DNA of 64,000 bases from the NCBI GenBank assembly GCA_943355025.1, contig CALRDW010000002.1:7252-71251 (forward strand), in the 5' to 3' direction. Below the pieces are notes generated by a model, which searched no databases, was not told the DNA's origin, and saw nothing but the letters and a program-made list of their open reading frames with translations. The translations under genes and the position numbers were made by a program. Each line of letters opens with the position of its first letter. The stretch's first letter is position 1. This stretch comes from Candidatus Magasanikiibacteriota bacterium. GTDB lineage: Bacteria; Patescibacteriota; Patescibacteriia; Magasanikbacterales; 2-02-FULL-50-9b. This document shows, piece after piece, positions 19,812 through 29,630 of this stretch.

Positions 19812-21303
19812 TCTCGGTGTATTTTTCCATGAGATAGTCGGTATAGGGCATTATTTTTTTGACTATCGTTGCGAAGTCTGATTCGTTATCGCTCCACAAT
19901 TTTATTATATCGACCGGGGTGGATTCTTTTAGGAGCGCGGATATAAAATTAACAATCTCTTGTTCATTATAAGAATGCCGTTCCAATTTCTCCTTAATTA
20001 TAGTTGGAAGCTCATATAAATTTGTACACCGTGTCGCGCCAGACAAAATATTGTAGAATACGCTGCCAAATGTGACGACTGGCTTTTTGAACAGAAGCGC
20101 CTCCCATCCTGCAGAACCTGTAATCGTGGTAATAATCTTTGCTTTTTCAATGATCGCAAAACTTTTAAATTCTGGACGGATAAGTTTAACGTTCGGCATT
20201 TTTTTTATTTTTTTGTAGAAAGAGCGTGGACGATAACCCATCATTGCGGGGTGCTCTTTGACATAGAGCTTATAATTAAATGGCAACGATTGAGCGATTT
20301 GAAGGATAAGCGCAGCTTGGTCTGTATTATATGGTGCGAGTAAAAGAGTCGCTATTTCTGGATCGTAATGAAGTGGGTAAAAAGCAAATGGTTCATTCCA
20401 TTTTGGTTCGTCATATAAATCTTCGAAACCACGCATGACGCGACACTTGCGTTTAATTCTGTCGATCAAAAACCAGAACGGATTTTCATCCATGTAGGTT
20501 CTTTTGGTGCTTCTGATGTACCGTATTACTATGGTTACAAACCATCGAATCGAACGAATTAATTTTGATGGCAGTAAAAAACTCATTTGGCGCCGACGAT
20601 TTATCGGCTGCATATCAGGGCTGCAATTATCAAGTGGTGGTGTAGGCGCATCTTGAAATTCTTTTAATTTTTTTCTTCCCGCGTTTTCAAAATCATTTTT
20701 TTCAACCCCATTATTTATTTTTAAAAAGTATTCCTCAGCAAATGTAAGATGCTTGTAGTCTTCAGTTAATGAATAAAAACCATTGAGGCGTGTTTCATTC
20801 TGAACCAGTGTCGGGATGCCCATTTTTTTAGCGATTTGATATAGAAGATAACTGTAGTGGCCGCCAATGACAAAAATAAAAACAAAATCGGGCCTTTCTT
20901 TTTTGAGCATTTCAATAATGGCGCGCGCCTTAATCTGAAGAATGCGTTTTAAATCGTCATGATCATACATTGGTTCTGAATAAGGATATTCACGAACCAG
21001 CTGGCTCTGCATAAGAACACGGTCCAATGTCATGAGCGGCCACAAAGAGGGGATACCGTACTCTCTCTCGAGTGAATTAATAAATTCAGTATCAATCTCT
21101 TCCGTTCGATACTTTTCGTGTAGGTCAACGTCTACAAGCAGTGTTGAGTATAAGATTTCCGATTGATTTTTTAGAAAACTAAGAGCCGCGTGCGTGTCTG
21201 TGTAGCCGCAGAATTCCGTAACACCATATTTATCTCTAAGGCCAATTGCCATGGCATGTCCAAGCATCGAATAGTTTCGGTGTAAAAGAAAGCATGCTTT
21301 CAT
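19783..21303 (-). CDS. KpsS/Capsule_synth-like glycosyltransferase (possible nonulosonate transferase)
   Basis: YPLHYDPE, YVKEHP, TGSAGWEALL; converges on pseB. Confidence 0.65.
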   Translation of the reverse strand: MKACFLLHRNYSMLGHAMAIGLRDKYGVTEFCGYTDTHAALSFLKNQSEILYSTLLVDVDLHEKYRTEEIDTEFINSLEREYGIPSLWPLMTLDRVLMQSQLVREYPYSEPMYDHDDLKRILQIKARAIIEMLKKERPDFVFIFVIGGHYSYLLYQIAKKMGIPTLVQNETRLNGFYSLTEDYKHLTFAEEYFLKINNGVEKNDFENAGRKKLKEFQDAPTPPLDNCSPDMQPINRRRQMSFLLPSKLIRSIRWFVTIVIRYIRSTKRTYMDENPFWFLIDRIKRKCRVMRGFEDLYDEPKWNEPFAFYPLHYDPEIATLLLAPYNTDQAALILQIAQSLPFNYKLYVKEHPAMMGYRPRSFYKKIKKMPNVKLIRPEFKSFAIIEKAKIITTITGSAGWEALLFKKPVVTFGSVFYNILSGATRCTNLYELPTIIKEKLERHSYNEQEIVNFISALLKESTPVDIIKLWSDNESDFATIVKKIMPYTDYLMEKYTEITSRDKQSS

Positions 21304-21456
21304 ATATTAGGTCGTTTAGCTGAAGAGCCCAGGCTCATTAGGTTTAAGATAATGTCTATCATAACGCTTCTCACTGCAAATTTCAAGAGTTTGGGGCCCT
21401 AGACATTTGACAGCAGAGCCGTCTCAAATTACTATAGAGCAGTATTTTATTAGATT

Positions 21457-22671
21457 ATGATTGCGGTTGTTTGTCGACTCTGTGGTTCAACAAAGCTCGA
21501 AACAGTTATTGACCTTGGATTTCATCCCATCGCTGATACTTTTTTGCTTGCAGAGCATTTGAATCAGCCGGAACTTACCTATCCGCTTCGTGCGGCACTG
21601 TGTGCGGAGTGTGGGTATGTTGGTCTTGAATATCTGGTGCCTGCAGAAACACGGTATCAGGGAATTGATTATAGTTACACCTCCGCGAACTCCGCGGTTT
21701 CAATACGCCATTTTGCAGAAGTAGCCCAGGAGGTGTGTGAATTTGCAGATGTAACATCAGACGATTTGGTAATTGACGCGGGCAGTAATGACGGCACGCT
21801 TTTGAAAGCGTTTCATGAAAAGAGCGGATGTTCAATTTTAGGAATTGATCCTGCGCCGAACATTGCTGAGCTCGCGATTGCCGATGGTGTTCCAACGATA
21901 GTTGATTTTTTTTGCGCAGCTATTGTTCCTGAGGTGTTGAAGCTCAAAAAACCAAAAGTTATTTTTAGCGCGAACGCATTAAATCATGCGTCTGATCCTC
22001 GAGGTTTTTTGGAGCCACTCAAAAGTTTAATGAACCAGGATAGTATTTTTGTTTTTGAGGTTCCGTACCTTTTAAATTTCGTAGAGAAGACCGCATTTGA
22101 TACCATGTATCTCGAACATGTTTCGTATTATGGAGTTAAGCCGTTAAAAAAACTCCTTGAATCTTTCGGACTGACCATCGTTCGTATCGAATGGACTGAT
22201 TATATGCTCGGTTCAATTCGAGTTTATGCGGGAAACGGTGCGGAAGATTCGCGTGTGTCAGAAATGATATCTGTTGAAGAGGTTGCGGGTTTGTACAGCG
22301 CTCAGGCGTATAGTGAATTCATGCAGCGCGTGCATCATGTGCGCCTGAGCTTGTGCAAGAAATTATATGACGCAAAAGCACAGGGCAAGCGCATCGCTGC
22401 TATTGGCGCCGCAACAAAAGGAAATACCTTACTTAATTTTTGCAAACTTGATTCGGCTGTAATTGATTTTATTACAGATGTTTCGCCGCTCAAGCTTGGA
22501 AAATTTACACCAGGGTCGCACATCTTTATCAAATCTGATGATGCCCTGGATGATAAAATTGATGTAGCTCTAATCTTGCCGCGCAATCTTGCTGGCGCAC
22601 TGAATAAAAAATTACAGCATCTCGAGTGTATATTTGTTGTATCGCACGAAGGAATTGACTCAAGTCTATGA
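21457..22671 (+). CDS. NDP-sugar C-methyltransferase family
   Basis: N-terminal CxxC...CxxC, DAGSNDG, YLEHVSY, GAATKGNTLL, GKFTPG. Confidence 0.85.
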   Translation: MIAVVCRLCGSTKLETVIDLGFHPIADTFLLAEHLNQPELTYPLRAALCAECGYVGLEYLVPAETRYQGIDYSYTSANSAVSIRHFAEVAQEVCEFADVTSDDLVIDAGSNDGTLLKAFHEKSGCSILGIDPAPNIAELAIADGVPTIVDFFCAAIVPEVLKLKKPKVIFSANALNHASDPRGFLEPLKSLMNQDSIFVFEVPYLLNFVEKTAFDTMYLEHVSYYGVKPLKKLLESFGLTIVRIEWTDYMLGSIRVYAGNGAEDSRVSEMISVEEVAGLYSAQAYSEFMQRVHHVRLSLCKKLYDAKAQGKRIAAIGAATKGNTLLNFCKLDSAVIDFITDVSPLKLGKFTPGSHIFIKSDDALDDKIDVALILPRNLAGALNKKLQHLECIFVVSHEGIDSSL

Positions 22672-23057
22672 TAAAACAAAAAAAAACAAAAACCCGAGCA
22701 AATTTTACAGATGTGCGTGGAGAAATTCGCGACTTGGTTGTTGGCGAGAAGATTGATACGGTTACACTTATTACTTCAAAAAAAGGAGCTATTCGTGCTA
22801 ACCATTATCATAAGAAGACATCGCAGTTTGACTACATTATCAGCGGGCTCATTGAATGCCGCACCAAGCTCATGCCAAAAGGGCGTGTTGTAAAACATAT
22901 TTTGAAGGCCGGAGATTTATTATACCATCCCGCGAATGAAGCGCATGCGTTATTGGCACTGGAAGATTCAGTATTTTTATCGATTACCTGTGGACCACGA
23001 CGCGGCGGAAAATATGAAAGTGATACCTATCGACTCGAAAAACCTTTAATTGTTTAG
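22668..23057 (+). CDS. cupin-domain protein (sugar isomerase-like)
   Basis: DVRG, RANHYH, HPANEAH. Confidence 0.75.
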   Translation: MIKQKKTKTRANFTDVRGEIRDLVVGEKIDTVTLITSKKGAIRANHYHKKTSQFDYIISGLIECRTKLMPKGRVVKHILKAGDLLYHPANEAHALLALEDSVFLSITCGPRRGGKYESDTYRLEKPLIV

Positions 23058-23061
23058 AACT

Positions 23062-24186
23062 ATGTTTGTGCCTGTATCAAAACCACTGATTGGTGAAATT
23101 GAAGAGCAGTATGTTGGGGATGCAATTCGTCGAAAGGAAATTTCTGGTCTTGTTGGGACATATTTAAAAGAGTTTGAAAGTGGGTTTGCAAAGTTTTGCA
23201 AAGTAAAACATGCGGCAACGCTCAATAGTGGTACAACAGCGATTCATCTTGCTGTTGCTGCACTTGGCATCGGCGCGGGAGATGAGGTGCTTGTGTCGAC
23301 ATTGACGAACATGGCAACATTTTTTGCGGTGCTCTATCAGGGTGCGGTGCCAGTCCCCGTTGATTCTGAACCTGAGACACTTAATATTGATCCGGCCTTG
23401 ATTGAAGCAAAGATAACGTCGAAAACAAAAGCGATTATCGTTGTACATTTATACGGCCATCCTGCGGATATGGATCCGATCATGGAAATTGCGCGTCGAC
23501 ACAAGTTATTTGTGATTGAAGATGCGGCAGAGGCTCACGGCGCGCGCTATAAAGATAGGATGGTGGGTTCAATCGGAGACATTGGATGTTTCAGTTTTTA
23601 TTCGAATAAAATTATCACAACAGGTGAGGGTGGAATGGTGACAACAAATAGTGATGAATTAGACGAGCGGATGAGATCCATAAAAAATTTGGCGTTTGGA
23701 ACAGACAACAAGTTCATGCATGTTGCGGTTGGTTTCAAATATCAAATGACGAATTTGCAAGCAGCTCTTGGTGCTGCGCAGCTAACGCGGATCGAGGATA
23801 TTATCAGTCGTAAGCGCTCGCTTGCGAGTTTTTATACCGAAGCATTTTCGCAGGAAAAAGATATTCAAACGCCAGTCGAAAAACCTTATGCATTTAATGT
23901 GTATTGGATGTACAACATTGTTCTGCGTGGGGCGCTCGAAGGAAAGCGCGCTGCATTTATGGAAGAGTTGAAAAAAAGAGGCGTTGAATCGCGCGAGGAT
24001 TTTGTCCCATTCAATCAGCAAAAGATTTTTATTGATCAGGGAATTGTTGATCCAGAAAGCTGTCCTGTTGCAAACCGAATAGGTGCGAATGGATTGTATC
24101 TTCCAAGCGGAAATGATATTTCGGAGGAAGAGCTTGAGTATGTTGCGAAAAACGTTGTTGAAGTTGCACATTTGTTGAAAGGCTAA
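23062..24186 (+). CDS. DegT/DnrJ sugar aminotransferase (perosamine-synthase-like)
   Basis: VHLYGHP, EDAAEAHG, SFYSNKIITTGEGGM, LYLPS. Confidence 0.9.
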   Translation: MFVPVSKPLIGEIEEQYVGDAIRRKEISGLVGTYLKEFESGFAKFCKVKHAATLNSGTTAIHLAVAALGIGAGDEVLVSTLTNMATFFAVLYQGAVPVPVDSEPETLNIDPALIEAKITSKTKAIIVVHLYGHPADMDPIMEIARRHKLFVIEDAAEAHGARYKDRMVGSIGDIGCFSFYSNKIITTGEGGMVTTNSDELDERMRSIKNLAFGTDNKFMHVAVGFKYQMTNLQAALGAAQLTRIEDIISRKRSLASFYTEAFSQEKDIQTPVEKPYAFNVYWMYNIVLRGALEGKRAAFMEELKKRGVESREDFVPFNQQKIFIDQGIVDPESCPVANRIGANGLYLPSGNDISEEELEYVAKNVVEVAHLLKG

Positions 24187-24197
24187 TTCTCATTCGT

Positions 24198-24971
24198 ATG
24201 AGCACATTTCAAGTTGACTATTCTCGGATGTATGATGCGCTCTACGCAAAAAAAGATTATCCGCGCGAAGCTACGGCTGTCCATGAGCTACTGCAGAAGT
24301 TTTGTAGCACTGCGCCACAGCGGCTTCTCAGCATTGGTGCAGGTACACTAGGTCATGAGCAATTGCTTTTGCCTCACGGATATAATATTACATGCATTGA
24401 TAGTTCATCAGAGATGGTTCGCATCGCGCAGCAAAAAATTTCTCAGCAGGAATTAAAAAATATTACCATTGCTGAAGGAGACATGGAAGATCTTCAGTTT
24501 GTCGGCGCGGAATTTGATGCAGCGGTATCGCTCTTCAATGTTATTTCTTATTGTTCGAATGATGAAGCTCTTGAAAAAGTTTTTTCCGGCGTCGCTTCCG
24601 CACTGAAGCCGAACGGAATATTTATTTTTGATTGTTGGAATGGAGAGTCGGTACGTAAAGACCCGCCACATGACAAATTTGCAAAATTTATTGATGGCGA
24701 TTCTAAACTTTATCGGTATACACGAGCAATTCCTGAGATAGAAAAAGGTGTTGTTACAATCCAGTTTGATGTTTTACATACACAGGGCAGTGCGATTATT
24801 AGTGAAACGCAGGAGACACATGCCGTTCATTTTTGGGACGCAGCACAGTTGAAAATTTTACTCGCGCATCATGGGTTTGAGATTGTGCACGTCAGTAATT
24901 TTCCGGACATTGGCAATATGAATATCGATAATTCTTGGACGATGTGCGTAGTTGCACGTAAATTAAGTTAA
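24198..24971 (+). CDS. class I SAM-dependent methyltransferase
   Basis: YDALY..KDY, IGAGT, GDM, LKPNGIFIFD. Confidence 0.85.
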   Translation: MSTFQVDYSRMYDALYAKKDYPREATAVHELLQKFCSTAPQRLLSIGAGTLGHEQLLLPHGYNITCIDSSSEMVRIAQQKISQQELKNITIAEGDMEDLQFVGAEFDAAVSLFNVISYCSNDEALEKVFSGVASALKPNGIFIFDCWNGESVRKDPPHDKFAKFIDGDSKLYRYTRAIPEIEKGVVTIQFDVLHTQGSAIISETQETHAVHFWDAAQLKILLAHHGFEIVHVSNFPDIGNMNIDNSWTMCVVARKLS

Positions 24972-24972
24972 T

Positions 24973-26271
24973 ATGAGTGAACGCATTCTTGTTGTTGGGA
25001 CCGTTGGAGTATCGTTGCCGCCGCCATACGCGGGTATTCCAAAATTAACACTGCTTGTTGCACGTCTATGGCGCGAAAAAGGAGCTGCTGTTGCGGTTTC
25101 GTTTGTTGAGAAACGAACGCCCGCGGACGATCTTGGGGCAGGTGCGGAGTATTTTTTTGAATTCTCATCGGAGAATCCAACAAAGTTTGATAAGTTGGTT
25201 TTTTTATTTAAATATTTTTTCTGCAACCCAATTCTTTATTTTAAATTATTTTTTTTGTATCACCATGCGGACCCGGTAATTACAAGAGAGGTGTTTTTAT
25301 ATTCGGCATATGGAGTTTTTGTCGATCAGATTGTTCAGAATTTTAAACCAACGGTAATTGTTTGCGAAGCCGCACTTATTAAAGGGTTCATGGCAATGCA
25401 GGTTGGAAATTTACGTGGCACCCCTGTTGTAATTGATACATATGCGGAAGTCCATGACGACTCCATGTGGGTAAATAAACGAATGAGCGAATCGGAACGC
25501 GAAATTTTTTGGAAATATTTTTTAAATCGTGCTGCACTTATTATTGCACCAAGTTATTATTGCGCAAAAGGGCCGTTAAAATATCTTGCCAAAGAAAATG
25601 TTAAGGTTGTGTATCCAGGAATAGATATCGCACTCTCTAATTCACAAGAAATTGGAGCGCAAAAAAGCGCTCGTGAATATTTTAAGCTGCCGCAGGAGCC
25701 ATTTTTTGTTACAGCTGTTGGTGCATTCTCATTGCGAAAAGGGCACGATCATTTGATACGCGCTGTTGCAGAGGCGCGTCGCGCAGGCCACGCGATTTCA
25801 TTGACACTGTGTGGACCAGGACCACAAGAGCAGTGGCGGGAGCTTGCTCGAACGGAAAATATTTCAGAACATGTTTATTTTTTCACAGCCTTATCTGAAC
25901 TCGAGTTGTATCGACTCTACCGTGCGTGTGATATATATTGTGATGCGTCAAACACACCGCGAGCGTGTCTGGGCATGTCACTTACGGAAGCGGCGCTCAT
26001 GGAGTTGCCTGTTGTTGCATATGATGCAGGAGGTCTTCCCGAAGTTGTTCGTGAAGGAGAGACGGGTTTTCTGGTTCCGCTTAACGATGTCTCTGCCTTG
26101 TCGCGAGCATTGATCCGCGCCTCAGAAATGCCACGCGAAGACCTCCATCAGTTCGGCGTCCGCGGTAGGGAATGGATGCTTGGATTGGTTGACATTGAAT
26201 TGATGGCAATAAATAAATTATCTATACTCACCGAAGTCAGCAAAAGCTTCGTGAAGACATCTGAAAAATAA
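24973..26271 (+). CDS. GT4 glycosyltransferase
   Basis: RKGHDHL, LGMSLTEA, GGLPEVV, TGFLV. Confidence 0.85.
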   Translation: MSERILVVGTVGVSLPPPYAGIPKLTLLVARLWREKGAAVAVSFVEKRTPADDLGAGAEYFFEFSSENPTKFDKLVFLFKYFFCNPILYFKLFFLYHHADPVITREVFLYSAYGVFVDQIVQNFKPTVIVCEAALIKGFMAMQVGNLRGTPVVIDTYAEVHDDSMWVNKRMSESEREIFWKYFLNRAALIIAPSYYCAKGPLKYLAKENVKVVYPGIDIALSNSQEIGAQKSAREYFKLPQEPFFVTAVGAFSLRKGHDHLIRAVAEARRAGHAISLTLCGPGPQEQWRELARTENISEHVYFFTALSELELYRLYRACDIYCDASNTPRACLGMSLTEAALMELPVVAYDAGGLPEVVREGETGFLVPLNDVSALSRALIRASEMPREDLHQFGVRGREWMLGLVDIELMAINKLSILTEVSKSFVKTSEK

Positions 26272-26341
26272 TAAGACAGGCTTAACTTGTATTATTATTT
26301 GAGATACGATAAGCTCTAAGGGAATTTTTAGTCTCACAAGT

Positions 26342-27166
26342 ATGAAAATTGGAATTATCGGTGTCGGTGTTGTCGGTGGCGCAGTAAAACATGGTTTTGA
26401 GCGTCTTGGCCACCACGTTATTGGGCACGACATTAAAATTCAAGATTCAAAAATAGAGCACGTTATCCCTACCGATATTTCGTTTATTTGTGTACCAACA
26501 CCGCAGACGGCGAGTGGTGCTTGTGATGTATCGTATGTTGTCGGGGTTATTCGTGAGCTTGAAGAACAAAATTATACCGGTGTCGTTGTTATCAAATCAA
26601 CGGTAACGCCAGGAACAACGGAGCGCCTTTCAAAGATGACAAAACTACGACTCGCTTTTTGTCCAGAATTTCTGCGCGAGCGAGCAGCAATTACTGATTT
26701 TGCAGAAAATCACGACGTGTGTGTTATCGGGACAGAAGATGAGGAAATTTATAAAATGGTTGTAGAAGCGCACGGGCGTTATCCAAAAAAATTTGTTCGG
26801 TTGACGCCGACTGAAGCGGAATTTACAAAATATTTTTCAAATGTATTCAACGCGCTTCGTATTACATTCGCGAATGAGTTTTTTGAAGTATGTCGCACTG
26901 CGGGTGTTAATTATAATAATATAAAAACAGCAATGGTAAATCGTGACACGATCATGGATGTATATTTGGACTGCAATGAAAACCTTCGAGGTTTCGGCGG
27001 CGTTTGTTTGCCAAAGGACACAAGTGCTTTTGCACACTATGTTGAATCACTCGGGCTCGATCTCAAATTGTTTCAGCTCATCGTTGAAGAAAATAAAAAG
27101 TTTAAAAGGACTGTTTTAGATGGGATGCGTGATTTTGATCCGACAACCGACGCGAACCCGCTATAA
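26342..27166 (+). CDS. UDP-glucose/GDP-mannose dehydrogenase family, short form
   Basis: GVGVVG, CVPTP, KSTV, PEFLRE, GFGGVCLPKD; 274 aa with no C-terminal domain. Confidence 0.85.
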   Translation: MKIGIIGVGVVGGAVKHGFERLGHHVIGHDIKIQDSKIEHVIPTDISFICVPTPQTASGACDVSYVVGVIRELEEQNYTGVVVIKSTVTPGTTERLSKMTKLRLAFCPEFLRERAAITDFAENHDVCVIGTEDEEIYKMVVEAHGRYPKKFVRLTPTEAEFTKYFSNVFNALRITFANEFFEVCRTAGVNYNNIKTAMVNRDTIMDVYLDCNENLRGFGGVCLPKDTSAFAHYVESLGLDLKLFQLIVEENKKFKRTVLDGMRDFDPTTDANPL

Positions 27167-28162
27167 TTTACGCGGGTGTGCGATGTACCAATCGTAGGTT
27201 TTTTTAAGCCCATCTTTAAGAGATGTTCGAGGCTCCCATCCGACGAGTGATTTGATTTTTGAAATATCCGCACAGCGGCGCATTACGCTTCCTGCAGGTG
27301 ATTCCTTGATTTCAATATTGGTCGGGCGCCATCCGCCAATTTCGAATAGAAGATCTGCCAAGCCTCCCATCGTAATTTCGTCTGACGCTCCAATGTGGAC
27401 TGTTTCGACAGGGTGTCCATCGGTTTTTGAACTTCGCATTAATTCTGACATTGCTTCAACCGCATCAGTAATGTAGCAAAATGTGCGCGTCTCTTCTACA
27501 CCAAAGATAGGAAACGGATCTGTATGCGCGGCAATGCGACCTGACATTTCCGGTATCACATGGTCATAGCCTGCACGCGGTCCATAAAAATTATGTGGCC
27601 GAACAATGAGCGCACGAAAATTATATTGAGCCGCATAATGAATGACGAAACATTCACCGATTAATTTTGTTGCTGCATATGTCCACCGCGGATTGTAGGG
27701 ATCTTCAATAACAAGTGGCACAGCTTCTGGCGTTGGAATCGGAAGCTGATTAAATGCGCTGAGGCCACCAGCATATGCCTCGTTTGACGAGGTAAAACAA
27801 AATTTGCCGGCTGCATTTTTTGTGCGGTGCCAATCGAGCATGTTCATCAAACTTTGCATGTTGATACGGAGCACTTCGTGTGGCATTGTATAAAATAATT
27901 TTGTTCCGTTTACTGCTGCAAGGTGGTACACATGTTCATAGTCAGAATCGAGTTGCGTATAAAAAGAATTGTCCGTCAAGTCGCCGCGCAAAAGAGTGAC
28001 GCGCGGGTTTGACGAAATTTCAGCAAAATCAGAATCATCTTTTCCGCGTGAAAAATTATCAACAATCGTTATGGCAGTCTCCGGCTCGGTTGCTAAAAGA
28101 TGGCGTGTTAGGTGTAAGCCAATAAAACCAGAGCCACCAGTGATCAAGACTTTTTTAGTCAT
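27161..28162 (-). CDS. NAD-dependent nucleotide-sugar epimerase/dehydratase
   Basis: TGGSGFIG, HLAA, YAATK, NFYGPR. Confidence 0.9.
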   Translation of the reverse strand: MTKKVLITGGSGFIGLHLTRHLLATEPETAITIVDNFSRGKDDSDFAEISSNPRVTLLRGDLTDNSFYTQLDSDYEHVYHLAAVNGTKLFYTMPHEVLRINMQSLMNMLDWHRTKNAAGKFCFTSSNEAYAGGLSAFNQLPIPTPEAVPLVIEDPYNPRWTYAATKLIGECFVIHYAAQYNFRALIVRPHNFYGPRAGYDHVIPEMSGRIAAHTDPFPIFGVEETRTFCYITDAVEAMSELMRSSKTDGHPVETVHIGASDEITMGGLADLLFEIGGWRPTNIEIKESPAGSVMRRCADISKIKSLVGWEPRTSLKDGLKKTYDWYIAHPRKL

Positions 28163-28203
28163 AGGATTATTTAATATTTGCAGTTTAACTCAATTGATTG
28201 ACC

Positions 28204-28232
28204 TTGACTAGGTGCCTTATTTATCGTATTGT
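28204..28232 (+). promoter_or_regulatory. sigma70-type promoter
   Basis: TTGACT-N17-TATTGT. Confidence 0.5.
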
Positions 28233-28295
28233 CTCTTCGAACCTTTGCACTGTGCACAGGGGTCCTGCGTGGAAACACACATAAATAGGCTAAAA

Positions 28296-28973
28296 ATGGA
28301 AGTCAAGATTGGAGCGCGGTTGCGTCGAAGCAAGCGGCTGGGCGGTGTTCAGCACGTCGTCTTTACCGAAAACGGTGTGGATAAACCTGACAAAGTCGCA
28401 TTTTCTGGGGAAACAGTGCGCAGTATCTTTGATGATTACTGCGAAAGGTTGCTGCGCGACAAGGTAATGTTACCTAGTGCCGCACCCTTGGTAGAGCGTC
28501 TTGAAGCTTTGTTGGAGGCGGCGGCTGACTACCGAGCCATGATTGAGCTCCGAACAGTGATCGACAAGTGGGTTTCGGATGGTTCGCTTGCGGACGCCGG
28601 AATGCTCGATGAGATGTTTACGGCCTACGCTGCGGCGCATCCGGACAAAGTGTTCGACATCGGCGAAGATTTGCCAGAAGAAGTGCCGAAAATCATTTCG
28701 ACGCACGGACCACTGCAGCAAGCGGGTTTGCGACGCATGGGGTCCTCACCGGGCTCAACCGAGGTTGGCGGGGCCGTTGACGCAGCGGCTCTCGCAGCCC
28801 TCGCAGTTCTTCCTCCACGCGGGGATCGGTCTGCCGCGCGCACGTCCCAGGTTGTGCGTGGAATTCCAAGCGCGGATGATGGGAATGAGGATTTGCATGA
28901 GCTTGGGGAAGAGGATATCAAGGAACTTGGAAAGAACCCTAGCATTGGTGTGGGTTCTGGTGGCGAGCAATAG
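28296..28973 (+). CDS. hypothetical protein (VVFxENG family)
   Basis: ORF lies between a promoter and a terminator; N-terminus resembles 29149-29562. Confidence 0.6.
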   Translation: MEVKIGARLRRSKRLGGVQHVVFTENGVDKPDKVAFSGETVRSIFDDYCERLLRDKVMLPSAAPLVERLEALLEAAADYRAMIELRTVIDKWVSDGSLADAGMLDEMFTAYAAAHPDKVFDIGEDLPEEVPKIISTHGPLQQAGLRRMGSSPGSTEVGGAVDAAALAALAVLPPRGDRSAARTSQVVRGIPSADDGNEDLHELGEEDIKELGKNPSIGVGSGGEQ

Positions 28974-29011
28974 CAAACATGGGCAAACCCTGTTGGGAGC
29001 ATGGTTCAATT

Positions 29012-29052
29012 CCGTCGCGTGTCACTTATTTGTGGCTCACGACGGTTTTTTT
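29012..29052 (+). terminator. intrinsic terminator
   Basis: ccgtcg...cgacgg stem followed by a T run. Confidence 0.6.
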
Positions 29053-29066
29053 ATTTTGCAGCTCCG

Positions 29067-29095
29067 TTGACAAAAAACAATGTTTATACTAGTAT
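29067..29095 (+). promoter_or_regulatory. sigma70-type promoter
   Basis: TTGACA-N17-TAGTAT. Confidence 0.65.
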
Positions 29096-29148
29096 CCAAA
29101 AAGAACTTTAACTGCCGCCACATTGTGTGGTCACACTCCGAGGACACG

Positions 29149-29562
29149 ATGAAGAACCGATTGAGTGTTCAATTGCGCAAAACGCCACGACTTCCGATGC
29201 CCTATGTCGTTTTCTATGAAAATGGCGAGGCGGTTCCACTTTTGTGTGTAACGTGGCAGACAGCGATGGCACGGCTCGACGAAATGTTCCGCATGCCGGA
29301 CAGTAAATTGTTTCGCGGTGATATGACATACGCCGAGGCGTATCACATCGCGTCGCTTCTCGAAAGTTTTCTTGAACTTGGGCTGGTCAAAGCGCGCGGC
29401 TTCATTGACGAGATGATCGAAGATCGTATCGCGCGCGGCATCTCAACTGATGTTGGCGACGCGGTGAGCGTGCTCGTTGTTCCGGTGCCGACTGCATCTG
29501 AAAAAATGGTGGCTGAAGATTATGCTGTAGGGGCAACTGGCGAAAAAAAATCTCAGTGGTGA
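29149..29562 (+). CDS. hypothetical protein (VVFxENG family)
   Basis: GAGG SD before ATG; LRKTPRLPMPYVVFYENG resembles LRRSKRLGGVQHVVFTENG. Confidence 0.6.
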   Translation: MKNRLSVQLRKTPRLPMPYVVFYENGEAVPLLCVTWQTAMARLDEMFRMPDSKLFRGDMTYAEAYHIASLLESFLELGLVKARGFIDEMIEDRIARGISTDVGDAVSVLVVPVPTASEKMVAEDYAVGATGEKKSQW

Positions 29563-29587
29563 AAGCTCAGGCGTAGAAGTTTGATAG

Positions 29588-29630
29588 CGTGCAATGGTAA
29601 CCTGATTGGTTGCTCTGCACGTTTTTTATT
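29588..29630 (+). terminator. intrinsic terminator
   Basis: gcgtgca...tgcacgt stem followed by tttttatt. Confidence 0.6.
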
